Positions 1 to 9,491 of a DNA stretch of 64,000 nt are shown here, one piece after another. Source of the DNA: Chitinophagales bacterium (lineage in GTDB: Bacteria > Bacteroidota > Bacteroidia > Chitinophagales > Chitinophagaceae); contig JBBRHM010000001.1 of NCBI GenBank assembly GCA_038222655.1, positions 3,350-67,349 on the forward strand. Direction: 5' to 3'. Below the pieces are notes generated by a model. That model searched no databases and was not told the origin of the DNA. It saw nothing but the letters and a program-made list of their open reading frames with translations. The position numbers and the translations under genes were made by a program. Within the stretch, counting starts at the first letter, position 1, and every line of letters begins with the position of its first letter.

Positions 1-101
1 GCCCCCTGTTCAAATAACAATTGTGCATGTGCCCGGCCTAAAACCCCGCAGGCACCTAACAAAAGAATTCTTTTATTTTTTATACCGGTATCTATACTCA
101 T
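1..101 (-). CDS. N-terminus of an SDR oxidoreductase (PtmA/ElaC-like), runs off the window edge
   Basis: Read by hand (not in track): ATG at 101 overlaps the neuA stop (ATGA); MSIDTGIKNKRILLLGACGVLGRAHAQLLFEQG has a Rossmann GxxGxxG motif. Confidence 0.75.
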   Translation of the reverse strand, partial: MSIDTGIKNKRILLLGACGVLGRAHAQLLFEQG

Positions 102-814
102 ACTAGTAACCCATGTTTGCGTTTCATAAGATATTCTATAAGAAGAAAGTCAAAATCGGAATCCACATCCAAACTTTTCTCACTGCCGATATCATAACCT
201 TCTGTATGGCCATCCAGTAAATAATCGGCACGGCGTATATAGTCTGGCGATAATGCATAAATACTTGCTACATGTTCAAACACCGCAGGAGCATCCTGTC
301 TGCGAACAACTGTACCGGGTAATTTTTTACAAATTTTTAGGGCACCTTCTTCATTTGATTCGAGCAAATTGAAGTAGGGATTTTTGCGTGCTTCACAAAT
401 TGAAAAGACACCATCAACACCATGAATTTTGCGTTCATGAAATTTCGCAATACATGCGGAGATATCGCTAACATCTCTTAGCGGACTGGTGCAATCGAGA
501 TCTACATATAAATCATAGAACTCATTATAATGCTTTTCACATGCGTCGAGTGCGTGTTTAAATACACCAAATTTTCCGGCTTCCGAAGTTGATAAATATT
601 CCGGGCGAAGAAATGGTGTTTCGGCTCCTGCAGCACGTGCTATCTCAGCAATCATTTCAGAATCTGTTGACACAACTACTTTATCAATTTCTTTTGTAGC
701 CAACGCCTGTTCAATAGACCAAACGATTAACGGTTTGCCAAGCATGGGTCTGATATTCTTCCCTGGTAACCCACGGCTTCCTCCACGGGCTGAGATTACA
801 CAAATTGTTTTCAT
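98..814 (-). CDS. neuA: CMP-nonulosonate synthetase (acylneuraminate cytidylyltransferase, NeuA/LegF/PtmB family)
   Basis: ISARGGSRGLPGKN N-terminal motif, VVSTD, RP..LS, CTSPLR, SLDVD. Confidence 0.9.
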   Translation of the reverse strand: MKTICVISARGGSRGLPGKNIRPMLGKPLIVWSIEQALATKEIDKVVVSTDSEMIAEIARAAGAETPFLRPEYLSTSEAGKFGVFKHALDACEKHYNEFYDLYVDLDCTSPLRDVSDISACIAKFHERKIHGVDGVFSICEARKNPYFNLLESNEEGALKICKKLPGTVVRRQDAPAVFEHVASIYALSPDYIRRADYLLDGHTEGYDIGSEKSLDVDSDFDFLLIEYLMKRKHGLLV

Positions 815-1794
815 ACACTTATTTTTTGACCTTTCGCATCTGCCTCCCTTGCACCAACTGCCACACGAAGTGCGGCTATGCCATCTTCAAGAGAACACAA
901 AGGTTGTATAGAAGGGTTTTGTATCCTTTGCAGGAAATGAGACATATGTGAAAGAAACAGATCGTTCCTTTGAAAATTATCGGCAACCCTGTTAATCACT
1001 GAAGTTGATTCCGGCGAATCACTCGATAAAGTTCCATCAATATATGACCAGTTAAAGATGGCTGTGCTTGTCATCACTTCTGCTTCACAACGGTAAACAG
1101 GACTTGCCATATCTAATTGAATATGTCCGGTAAGGCCGTTGGTGTGTGTAAGTAAGAGATTGGTAACATCATCGCCCTTGATATCCAAAGAACTTCGTTT
1201 AGATAACACAGCATTTACATTTTCAACCGGACCAAAAAGCCAGAGTGCGATATCTATTTGATGGATAAGATCAAAAAGTGCTCCGCCGCCACGTGCTGCA
1301 TCAGCACTATAGATATTTCGATAATCTTTACCCTTTCTCCACGCATCTAACCGGTGCCCCATCGCAAGCCGGTAAGTAAGTATTTGACCGCTATCCTGCT
1401 GTTGCAATATTTTGGATAGTGCAATAAGGTTTTGATGAGCCCTGAACTGGCAACCTACTTCTACAATTTTTCCCGAAGCTGCATCAGCCAGTTGGTCAAT
1501 TCCTGTTAAATTATTTGAAAGCGGCTTCTCAATAAAAAGTGCCTTCCCTGCGCGCAAAACATCTATGGCAATGCCCATGTGATTATCAGTGGCTGTTGCA
1601 ACAACCACTGCATCTGCGTTATTAATCGCATCATTGAGGTCAGCATTTACATCAACATTAAATTCATCCTTAACAGATGAAAGTAAATGAGCCTGTGAGC
1701 GCCAAACGGAAACCTTTGCTCCCAGTTGCAGTAAATTGGCAATATGCCTTTTTCCTATTGAACCGGCCCCACAAACAAGTACAGACTGTTGCAT
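811..1794 (-). CDS. Gfo/Idh/MocA-family oxidoreductase (PtmF/ElaA-like)
   Basis: GAGSIGKRH Rossmann motif, FIEKP, GGALFDLIHQID; start moved to ATG 1794 (MQQSV), 1 nt after the neuC stop. Confidence 0.85.
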   Translation of the reverse strand: MQQSVLVCGAGSIGKRHIANLLQLGAKVSVWRSQAHLLSSVKDEFNVDVNADLNDAINNADAVVVATATDNHMGIAIDVLRAGKALFIEKPLSNNLTGIDQLADAASGKIVEVGCQFRAHQNLIALSKILQQQDSGQILTYRLAMGHRLDAWRKGKDYRNIYSADAARGGGALFDLIHQIDIALWLFGPVENVNAVLSKRSSLDIKGDDVTNLLLTHTNGLTGHIQLDMASPVYRCEAEVMTSTAIFNWSYIDGTLSSDSPESTSVINRVADNFQRNDLFLSHMSHFLQRIQNPSIQPLCSLEDGIAALRVAVGAREADAKGQKISV

Positions 1795-1795
1795 A

Positions 1796-3022
1796 TTAAC
1801 GGAACCATCCATTTTCATGTTTGCCTTCCAATGTCATCCCTTTCCTGAGAATATATTTAGGATCAAGATTTACTGTTGCCAGGCTTTCTGCAATTAATTT
1901 TCCGGAATTTCCACCACCATATGGATTAACTGTTGCAGCACATACCGAACGGAATGCATCATCAGCAATACATTTTTTTATAGCGTTATATATTTCCTCT
2001 GCATTATAATCTGCATCAATTACATTATCTCCCCGTAACCTTCCCTGCTGGCGTGATCCGATATTGACTGTAGGACAGCCGAAAACCGGTGTTTCTTTAA
2101 TGCCGGATGATGAGTTTCCAACACAAGCTACGCGCCATCCCGGCTGCTTAGCCAATGCCAATATTCCATGATATACAAAACGACCCAATGATGCGTGCAA
2201 TTGTATATTCGGGTTATTGAGTTCTGAAGTTGTCCTCAAATCTTTTGACATGGTTTCGCCACCCGCATCGTTATTCGGGTAAGTAAGAATTACCTGTACA
2301 CCTTCATCAGCCAGTTTTATCAAGGCTTCTAAGGATGGTTGCAATTGTGAAGCACCGTCTTCAAATTCTGTGGTAACCGAATGTTGTGTAAAGAGAACAA
2401 CTGGTCTGTTCTTATCAAGCTTTAATCGTGCAATAAGATTTTCCGGTGTTTCAAATGAACCGTCTTTTATCAGGTCAATTGCAGGGAAGCCAACTGTGTG
2501 CACCCGCCATTCATCTTCACCCATAGCAAGAATACGGTTGCTTGCCTGTTGATTGGTTGTATAATGTAAGTGTGCAAGTTTTGACATGGCATGACGAACT
2601 GAATCATCCAAAGCGCCTCCTTCTGTAATATCTCCGCCTTCCACATGTGCAGTTGGAATATTCATTTGCGAACTCGTAATTACAGCGGCCAATCCTTCAA
2701 ACCTGTCGGCGTAAACAAGAAAAACATCGGGGTTCAATTCATCTAATACCGGTGTTAGGTTAAGTATACCCGAACCAATGGCGCGAGCAGTAGAAGTTCT
2801 TTTATCACCACTCATATCAATTTTCACTTCAGCATAAATATCAAACCCATCTTTTTTTATTTCTGAAATGGTAGAACCAAAATTATTGTCCAGGTGTGCG
2901 CCCGATACAATAAGGCGGTACTCAAGTAAAGGATGATTTTTAATTGCCTGTAAAATCGGGAACTGTAATCCGTATTCCGCACGGTTTCCCGAAAAAACGG
3001 CAATCACTCTTTTTTTATTCAT
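1796..3022 (-). CDS. neuC: Hydrolysing NDP-GlcNAc 2-epimerase (NeuC/LegG family)
   Basis: GNRAEYG, SGAHL, ADRFE, HVEGG, DDSVRHAMSKLAHLH, GNSSSG, NIGSRQQGR. Confidence 0.9.
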   Translation of the reverse strand: MNKKRVIAVFSGNRAEYGLQFPILQAIKNHPLLEYRLIVSGAHLDNNFGSTISEIKKDGFDIYAEVKIDMSGDKRTSTARAIGSGILNLTPVLDELNPDVFLVYADRFEGLAAVITSSQMNIPTAHVEGGDITEGGALDDSVRHAMSKLAHLHYTTNQQASNRILAMGEDEWRVHTVGFPAIDLIKDGSFETPENLIARLKLDKNRPVVLFTQHSVTTEFEDGASQLQPSLEALIKLADEGVQVILTYPNNDAGGETMSKDLRTTSELNNPNIQLHASLGRFVYHGILALAKQPGWRVACVGNSSSGIKETPVFGCPTVNIGSRQQGRLRGDNVIDADYNAEEIYNAIKKCIADDAFRSVCAATVNPYGGGNSGKLIAESLATVNLDPKYILRKGMTLEGKHENGWFR

Positions 3023-3836
3023 TGTTCATTTTCAATTTAAGTAAATGTGAAAGTCCCTGTACAAGGTCTACTTCGGGCGACCAATTAAGCAGTGACTGTG
3101 TTTGGGATATATCAATCAGTAAACAGGAATCTTTTTCTGCGACTGTTTTCGAAACAACTTTCCTGTTGCTTTCACCGGCAAGCTGCAATGTTTTTATAGC
3201 GAGGTCTCCTACACTTATTCCTATGCCACTTCCAGCATTTATGATACAACCGGGCATATGCATTGATGCTGCTATAATACAAGAAGCCGCATCGTTTATC
3301 CAAAGAAAATCCCTTACGGGTGATGTATCTCTCAGGATCAATTCATCCTTTCCGGGTATTTGGCGCAGGATGTCCGCAAGAACTGTATTTGATCCCATAC
3401 CCTGTCCATATACATTGGAAAAACGTATAGAAGTTCCTCCGGCTTCAGCGATAATTTCTTCGCAAGCAAGTTTTACTTTTATATACTCACTCGTTGCTGA
3501 TACTTCTTCATCAGAACGCCGTGGATATTGTTTCGAATCTCCGTATACAACAGAACTGGAAGCATAGATGATATGTTTCCATTGTCCTTGTGCCAGTTTA
3601 CTGCAAAGGCTGGTCTCATCTCCTTCTGACAATGTAGCTGCATCACGAGGTTGTGCAAGATGTATCAAAACACTGTTTGGTGAAGAAGCTATATCCGCAT
3701 AAGAATTAACAGTAGAGAATCCCTTCAGCGTTCTCCGCGACACCCCTCTAACAGGAATTTTTTTTTCTGAAAACTGTTGTATCAATGCCCGTCCCATGAA
3801 ACCTGTTGCACCAGTAATCACTACCTCAAAAGACAT
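3015..3836 (-). CDS. NAD-dependent epimerase/reductase (extended SDR)
   Basis: ITGATGFMG, ASSSVVYG, YxxxK (YIKVK), RFSNVYG, RDFLWIND. Confidence 0.8.
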   Translation of the reverse strand: MSFEVVITGATGFMGRALIQQFSEKKIPVRGVSRRTLKGFSTVNSYADIASSPNSVLIHLAQPRDAATLSEGDETSLCSKLAQGQWKHIIYASSSVVYGDSKQYPRRSDEEVSATSEYIKVKLACEEIIAEAGGTSIRFSNVYGQGMGSNTVLADILRQIPGKDELILRDTSPVRDFLWINDAASCIIAASMHMPGCIINAGSGIGISVGDLAIKTLQLAGESNRKVVSKTVAEKDSCLLIDISQTQSLLNWSPEVDLVQGLSHLLKLKMNNE

Positions 3837-3871
3837 TCATTAAGTTTTATTAAGAACATATTTATAGACTA

Positions 3872-4912
3872 TTATTTGCTTATATCATCGCGGTTGATCC
3901 TCGTCCCGCGTGAAATTTTCACCAATGCCTTTTTACCTATTAATGTTTCATAATCCGAAGCATTAAAATCGCCACCTCCGGGTCTTCTCAACCAAAGGTT
4001 TTCTTCAGTCAGTTCTTCACCTGGTGCGATCTCTTTATTTGCAACTAGTGAAGCGAATGCAAATGCTATGGTTGGCGCTTCCGCTGAAACAGCCGCTTTG
4101 CTTCCGCCACGTGCCGAAAAAATTGTTTTTGAACCATTGATCAGGTCTGAAAGTGCAGCCGGATCCATTGAGCAAACAATATCAGGGCCGGGGCGATTCA
4201 TGCTGTCCGTAAAATGTCTTTCTAAAATAGAAGCACCCAATGCTACTGCGCCCAAACAGGTATAATTTGAAACAGTATGATCCGATAAACCGATCACTGC
4301 ATCTGGAAATGCTTCTTTTAAAATTTTCATAGCACCCAAACGCACCAACTCCGGTGGAGTGGGGTATACATTGGTGCAATGAAGCAATGCAAACGGAATA
4401 TTTGCTTTGCGCAATATATCAACAGAAGGTCGAACCGTTTCGATTGAATTCATACCCGTGCTGATGATAACAGGTTTGCCAAAACGCGCAATGTATTTTA
4501 TTAAAGGATAATTATTGCACTCACCCGACCCGATTTTGAACGCAGGAATATCAAATGCCACCAGCCTGTCTACAGCCACTCTTGAAAAAGGTGTACTGAT
4601 AAAAATAGCGCCGCGTTGCTGAACATATTCCATCAGCTTTCTCTCATCAGATTCATTGAGTGCACAGCGGGCCATTATTTCATAGATCGATTCAACCGTA
4701 TGTCCGGGTATCACTGATTTTGCTTCATCAGACATCTCGTCTTCAACAATATGTGTCTGGTGTTTGATAATTTCAGCGCCGGCATCAATTGCTGCATCAA
4801 CCATTTGTTTCGCTGTTTCCAATGAGCCTTCATGGTTGATACCGATCTCGGCAAATACTACCGGTGGATGGTCATCCCCTATCAACCTATTCTGTATTTT
4901 AAATTCAGCCAT
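3872..4912 (-). CDS. neuB: Nonulosonate (N-acetylneuraminate) synthase with C-terminal SAF/AFP domain
   Basis: AEIGINHEGSL, KHQTHIVEDEMS, ISTPFS, KIGSGE, LHCTNVYPT, GLSDHT, LERHFT; the motif style matches Neisseria SiaC/NeuB as recalled. Confidence 0.92.
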   Translation of the reverse strand: MAEFKIQNRLIGDDHPPVVFAEIGINHEGSLETAKQMVDAAIDAGAEIIKHQTHIVEDEMSDEAKSVIPGHTVESIYEIMARCALNESDERKLMEYVQQRGAIFISTPFSRVAVDRLVAFDIPAFKIGSGECNNYPLIKYIARFGKPVIISTGMNSIETVRPSVDILRKANIPFALLHCTNVYPTPPELVRLGAMKILKEAFPDAVIGLSDHTVSNYTCLGAVALGASILERHFTDSMNRPGPDIVCSMDPAALSDLINGSKTIFSARGGSKAAVSAEAPTIAFAFASLVANKEIAPGEELTEENLWLRRPGGGDFNASDYETLIGKKALVKISRGTRINRDDISK

Positions 4913-4935
4913 TTATTTTTTTTACTGATTTATAA

Positions 4936-5946
4936 TTAGACGTTGTAGATATTCGATTTATAATTTTTTAAATTTTCAGTCTGTGTAAACCAATCAATCG
5001 TTTCTGAGAGCCCGCGTTTAAATCCGTCTAGGCCACCATATTCCGGCGACCAGTTAAATAATTCTTTTGCTTTTGCATTAGCGGCCCACAATCTTTCTAC
5101 TTCTGAATTTTCCGGCCGCATACGTGCTTCATCTGTGATGATCTCGATTTTTGTATTCATCACTTCCGCGATAAGTCTAACCGTGTCTCCAACTGAAATT
5201 TCGTAATTACTTCCCAGATTAATTACTTCGCCTAATCCTTTATCTGAATTAGCAGCTGCCATAAATCCTGAAACAGTATCTTTTACATAATTAAAATCGC
5301 GCGTTGGAGTAACAGAACCAAGTTTAATATGTCTTTGACCATTTGCAATTTGCGTAATGATTGTTGGTATTACGGCTCTTGCCGACTGGCGCGGGCCATA
5401 CGTATTAAACGGCCGTACAATAACTACCGGGGTATTGAAAGATGCATAAAAAGAAAATGCCATCTGGTCAGCTCCTATCTTGGATGCCGAATAAGGTGAT
5501 TGCCCCTGTAGTGGATGTTCTTCCGTAATAGGTACAAACCGTGCGGTTCCGTAAACTTCACTGGTTGAAGTGTGAATTACGCGTTGTACACCTAATTCGC
5601 GTGCGGCCTGTAAAACATTCAAAGTGCCTTTTACATTTGTGTCTACGTAGGTATCAGGCGAATGATACGAATACGGAATCGCAATAAGTGCCGCAAGATG
5701 GAGTACAATATCACAACCTTTCATTGCCTCTTTCATTCCATGAGGGTCGCGGATATCGCCTGAAAATACTTCTACATTTTCACGGATCTCTTTGGGAGAC
5801 TGGTCGAGCCAACCCCATGAGTTAAATGAATTGTATAAAACAAATGCCCGCACTTTGTAACCCTGCCGAACGAGTTCCTCGGTTAGGTGCGAACCTATAA
5901 AACCATCCGCTCCCGTAACTAGTATTTTTTTGTCTGTGATACCCAT
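4936..5946 (-). CDS. legB: NDP-GlcNAc 4,6-dehydratase, LegB type
   Basis: VTGADGFIGSHL, YNSFNSWGWLD, LIAIPYSY, TSTSEVYG, QSPYSASKIGAD, RPFNTYGPRQSARAVIP. Confidence 0.85.
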   Translation of the reverse strand: MGITDKKILVTGADGFIGSHLTEELVRQGYKVRAFVLYNSFNSWGWLDQSPKEIRENVEVFSGDIRDPHGMKEAMKGCDIVLHLAALIAIPYSYHSPDTYVDTNVKGTLNVLQAARELGVQRVIHTSTSEVYGTARFVPITEEHPLQGQSPYSASKIGADQMAFSFYASFNTPVVIVRPFNTYGPRQSARAVIPTIITQIANGQRHIKLGSVTPTRDFNYVKDTVSGFMAAANSDKGLGEVINLGSNYEISVGDTVRLIAEVMNTKIEIITDEARMRPENSEVERLWAANAKAKELFNWSPEYGGLDGFKRGLSETIDWFTQTENLKNYKSNIYNV

Positions 5947-5977
5947 ATAATTATATAGTTATTCTTTGTTTGGTCTT

Positions 5978-7282
5978 TTATGCAAGCCAGTCTCTATTTT
6001 CCCTAAGAAATTTTGCAGAAAAATGAGTAAGTACTTTTCCATGGACATTCCTACCAAGAGAATTTTTGATATCTAAAGGGAAAATTTCCCAGAATTTTTT
6101 TTGCAAGTCATCATCCACGGTCATTTTCACCCATTCCTTTTTGATCCGTTCGAGTAATTCAAATACGGCATCTTTGATTTCTTCAGGGCTATTATCTACC
6201 AGTTCCACTCCTTCTCTTTGGTATTCATTTGAATAAACACAGAAACCAACATTCCGGTCAAATATTTCAGAAACCGTCAGCAACCGCTTTTCAGAAGTCA
6301 GCCAATGTTTTTTTGGCAAATAAACTGAATCCTTTATAAAGGTAGAAACCAGTCCCATAGGTGCTGCATTTACAAATACCATTGGCCTTCTAAAGATCAT
6401 CGGTACAGCATCGTATCCGGTTCCAACGGTAATGCAGAACGCACATTTTGCACCGAGGTAAATGTCCATAAAATCAGTTCGAAACCCTGTTGTGGCATAA
6501 TCAATCACTTTAGGATTGTTTGCTTTCATGGCCGTATTAACCACTTCACCCATACGAAGTACATAAAATCCACGCTCCGCAAGTGCATCTGCAGCCATTA
6601 CATAAGACTGAATATCGCTATCCCTGTAGCTATGGTAATTCCATTTTTCAGGGTTAGGAAGTACCGCATTCAGGTAAGCACTATCTCTTACTATAAGGCA
6701 AACAAATTCAGCATCTCCAAGTATACCTAATTTTGTTAATCCTGCTTTACCGCGGGCTTCTTCATCTGGTGTAAAAGAGAGATGCGCGGGCGAGTTTGCC
6801 ATTAAACTTTTTGTGTCACGTCCATATTGAAAATCGCTTTCTGAATTTTCAACTTCATGGATAGCTCCTCCGGCCAAAGAACGGTTCATAAAAAACAATG
6901 GCTCAAGAAGCCATTTGGGCCAGATGTGTAAATGGCGTTTCCACATTTTCCCTAATTGTTTATTCGCCAGCCTGGCACCTCCAAAAAAAGCAATATCAAT
7001 ATATTTTTGTTTAGGTACATTAATCCCCGCATCTATTTCGCATAGATAAAACTCAGTATTAGCTGCCAGATGGCCAATGCGCAGACCTATCAGCCGGTTT
7101 ATCCTGATCAGCAATAAGGGACGCATCAACCTCATAATTATAAGGAAGATAAAAGCAGGAATTAACCCTATTAAAAACTGGAAAGCGCGGTTGAATATAG
7201 AAAAAAAAACCTTCCAGCCACCTTGTACAACCGATGAATATTGCCGATTGAAAAACTGAAACGCCCTGCTGATTTTACTCAC
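5978..7282 (-). CDS. Putative glycosyltransferase, TIGR04372-like
   Basis: RIGHLA, YRDSDI, MDIYLGAKC, GTGYDAVP, DNSPEEI motifs recalled for this family; GTG start. Confidence 0.65.
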   Translation of the reverse strand: MSKISRAFQFFNRQYSSVVQGGWKVFFSIFNRAFQFLIGLIPAFIFLIIMRLMRPLLLIRINRLIGLRIGHLAANTEFYLCEIDAGINVPKQKYIDIAFFGGARLANKQLGKMWKRHLHIWPKWLLEPLFFMNRSLAGGAIHEVENSESDFQYGRDTKSLMANSPAHLSFTPDEEARGKAGLTKLGILGDAEFVCLIVRDSAYLNAVLPNPEKWNYHSYRDSDIQSYVMAADALAERGFYVLRMGEVVNTAMKANNPKVIDYATTGFRTDFMDIYLGAKCAFCITVGTGYDAVPMIFRRPMVFVNAAPMGLVSTFIKDSVYLPKKHWLTSEKRLLTVSEIFDRNVGFCVYSNEYQREGVELVDNSPEEIKDAVFELLERIKKEWVKMTVDDDLQKKFWEIFPLDIKNSLGRNVHGKVLTHFSAKFLRENRDWLA

Positions 7283-7329
7283 TTAAAAAAAAATTAATTG
7301 CTGCCACAACAATAATAAATCTGCCTCCC

Positions 7330-8007
7330 TTAAATGTTGGCTGCCATGTATGTTTCAGGTGTTCCGATATCCAGGAATGTTTCTTTTGTTTCGTAGGTAT
7401 AAATTTTGCACATTAGCAGTGGTAATATCTCTGTACTAAAATCGGTCATCCCGGGTTTCAACTGTTTTAATAAATCTGCTGAAAGAATATATATTGCTCC
7501 ATTAGCCAGGTTACCTGGTGGAGACTGTTGCTTTTCATACATTTTAATTACCACTCCCTCTTCGTCTATTTCAAGAATTCCACATGAAGATGGATTATCT
7601 GTCTGGAATGTCATCATTGTCATTACACATTTTTGTGGGCGGTTTTGATGTGCCTCCAAAAAAGAGCCAAAGTCTGCCAAACAGTAATTGTCAGCGTGTA
7701 TTAGTAATGCGTCCCCGCCTTCAAAAAAATCTATATTAGCCATTAATGTTCCGGCAGTGCCTAATAGTTCTGGTTCATATGCGATCGTAACTACATCCTT
7801 ATAATTACTAGTATTAATAAACTCTTCCACAACTTTTGGCAGGTAGTGTGTATTCACTAAAAAAGGAGAAATACCTTCCTTAGACAATCGCTCAAGCCAG
7901 ATCTCCAATAAAGGCTTACCCCTTATTGGCACAAGACATTTGGGAATAGTATTAGTGAGTGGCCGCAGGCGGGTTCCAAAACCTGCGGCAAGAAGTAGCG
8001 CTTTCAT
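7330..8007 (-). CDS. Sugar-1-phosphate nucleotidyltransferase (HddC/GmhD-like)
   Basis: LLAAGFGTRLRPLT..PKCL, LLGTAG, NGAIY, DIGTPE; true start ATG 8007 overlaps the upstream stop (ATGA). Confidence 0.88.
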   Translation of the reverse strand: MKALLLAAGFGTRLRPLTNTIPKCLVPIRGKPLLEIWLERLSKEGISPFLVNTHYLPKVVEEFINTSNYKDVVTIAYEPELLGTAGTLMANIDFFEGGDALLIHADNYCLADFGSFLEAHQNRPQKCVMTMMTFQTDNPSSCGILEIDEEGVVIKMYEKQQSPPGNLANGAIYILSADLLKQLKPGMTDFSTEILPLLMCKIYTYETKETFLDIGTPETYMAANI

Positions 8008-9443
8008 TTTGTTAACTCTTCTAAAAGTTCTTTTGTTTTCAGTGGTGTATTGCCAACACGGCCTACCTGAATAGCTGCCGCGAGCGAGCCAATGCAGGCA
8101 GCTTCCCAAATGGTACCTCCAACTGCCATTACCATTGATGTTGCAATCAGTAAAGAGTCTCCTGCTCCTGAGACATCTTTAGGCGATGAATTCAATGCGG
8201 CAATCCGATCTGTGAACATATTTCCCTTCCGGTCATTAATACCAACGTAGATAAGCATTCCCTCTGAACCCAACTTCAATAAAATATTTTTTGCGTTTGA
8301 AGTCGCCAGCATTTTATCCGCCAATATTACCAATCCATCATCATGGTTACGTATACTCAGTCGTGCTTCTCGTTCAGTTGGTGTTATTAAATCCATGTTT
8401 TTAAACCTCGAAATGTCTCCTTCCTGCGAAGAAGACTGGCTATCGGCAGCAAGAAATATTTTTTTATCGATACAAAGTTCTATTATCTTATCAACCAGGT
8501 CCTGTGGCAGGCATCCATAATTAAAATCAGAAAAAACCAATAGGTCACACGAACCGATGCACTCTTTCACCTGCGCTAATATCTGTATTTGCAGTTCTTG
8601 TGAGATAGGATTCTGGTGCAAATGACTCACCCTTAAAAGTGTTTTGCCTTTGCTGCGAAATCTTTGCTTTAAAGTAGTTGGGCGGGTGGAATCAATTATC
8701 AGTTTATGATCAATTCCATAATCCGATAATTTCTCAGTTGCATAATTCCTTAATTCATCATCACCGGTAATAGATATAAATCTAACGTCGGCACCTAATC
8801 CTTTTGCATGTGCAGCCACAATTCCTGCACCACCGATAAACTTAATCGAATCAATTGGGGTAACCACTATTGTTGGATCCTCCTGTGACATACCCAATGC
8901 TTCACAGGTAATGTATTCATCAATTATCAGGTCGCCGATAATACACACTTTCAATTTTGAAATTTTTGTAACCCATTGGCTTAAAGATGCGACACTAAGT
9001 CGATTTCTCGCAATAAACTCGTTAGGAAGACTTATTGATCTCGTTTCAGCAAACGAAATTTCATTTCGTATTAAATCAATTGAAGAAAATAATGATTCGC
9101 CGGAACTGAAAATTAATTTACCGCCGTAGCTTTCCAAAATTGAACTTTCAATATTTTCTGAAAATTCATGTTCTTTCCCCTTTACAACAAGGTCAGGTTT
9201 AATACCCTCCAGTACAGAAATCAAATCTTCATCAAATATAAAAGACTCATCAATCCATGAAATACTACGGATACTTTCTAACCGCAGATCTTGTTGTATA
9301 TAAGCAGCTTTTCCTGCAATCTTATCGCTTTCTACACCAACGATCAATCGAGTTCCACATTCTTTGGCAAACCGCAATAAACGAAGATGTCCAACATGAA
9401 GTACATTAAAGTGACCTGAAACAAAAACGACTTTTTCACTCAT
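8004..9443 (-). CDS. Bifunctional HldE/RfaE-like protein: N-terminal nucleotidyltransferase plus C-terminal PfkB kinase
   Basis: N-term GHFNVLHVGH (HxGH), RLES, VKGKE; C-term IGDLIIDEY, GGAGIVA, LVFSDFNYG, ITPTEREA, DVSGAGD. Confidence 0.85.
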   Translation of the reverse strand: MSEKVVFVSGHFNVLHVGHLRLLRFAKECGTRLIVGVESDKIAGKAAYIQQDLRLESIRSISWIDESFIFDEDLISVLEGIKPDLVVKGKEHEFSENIESSILESYGGKLIFSSGESLFSSIDLIRNEISFAETRSISLPNEFIARNRLSVASLSQWVTKISKLKVCIIGDLIIDEYITCEALGMSQEDPTIVVTPIDSIKFIGGAGIVAAHAKGLGADVRFISITGDDELRNYATEKLSDYGIDHKLIIDSTRPTTLKQRFRSKGKTLLRVSHLHQNPISQELQIQILAQVKECIGSCDLLVFSDFNYGCLPQDLVDKIIELCIDKKIFLAADSQSSSQEGDISRFKNMDLITPTEREARLSIRNHDDGLVILADKMLATSNAKNILLKLGSEGMLIYVGINDRKGNMFTDRIAALNSSPKDVSGAGDSLLIATSMVMAVGGTIWEAACIGSLAAAIQVGRVGNTPLKTKELLEELTK

Positions 9444-9491
9444 ATTATGAGACCATTATTTCGGAAAACAGATACTATTATAAATTGCATA

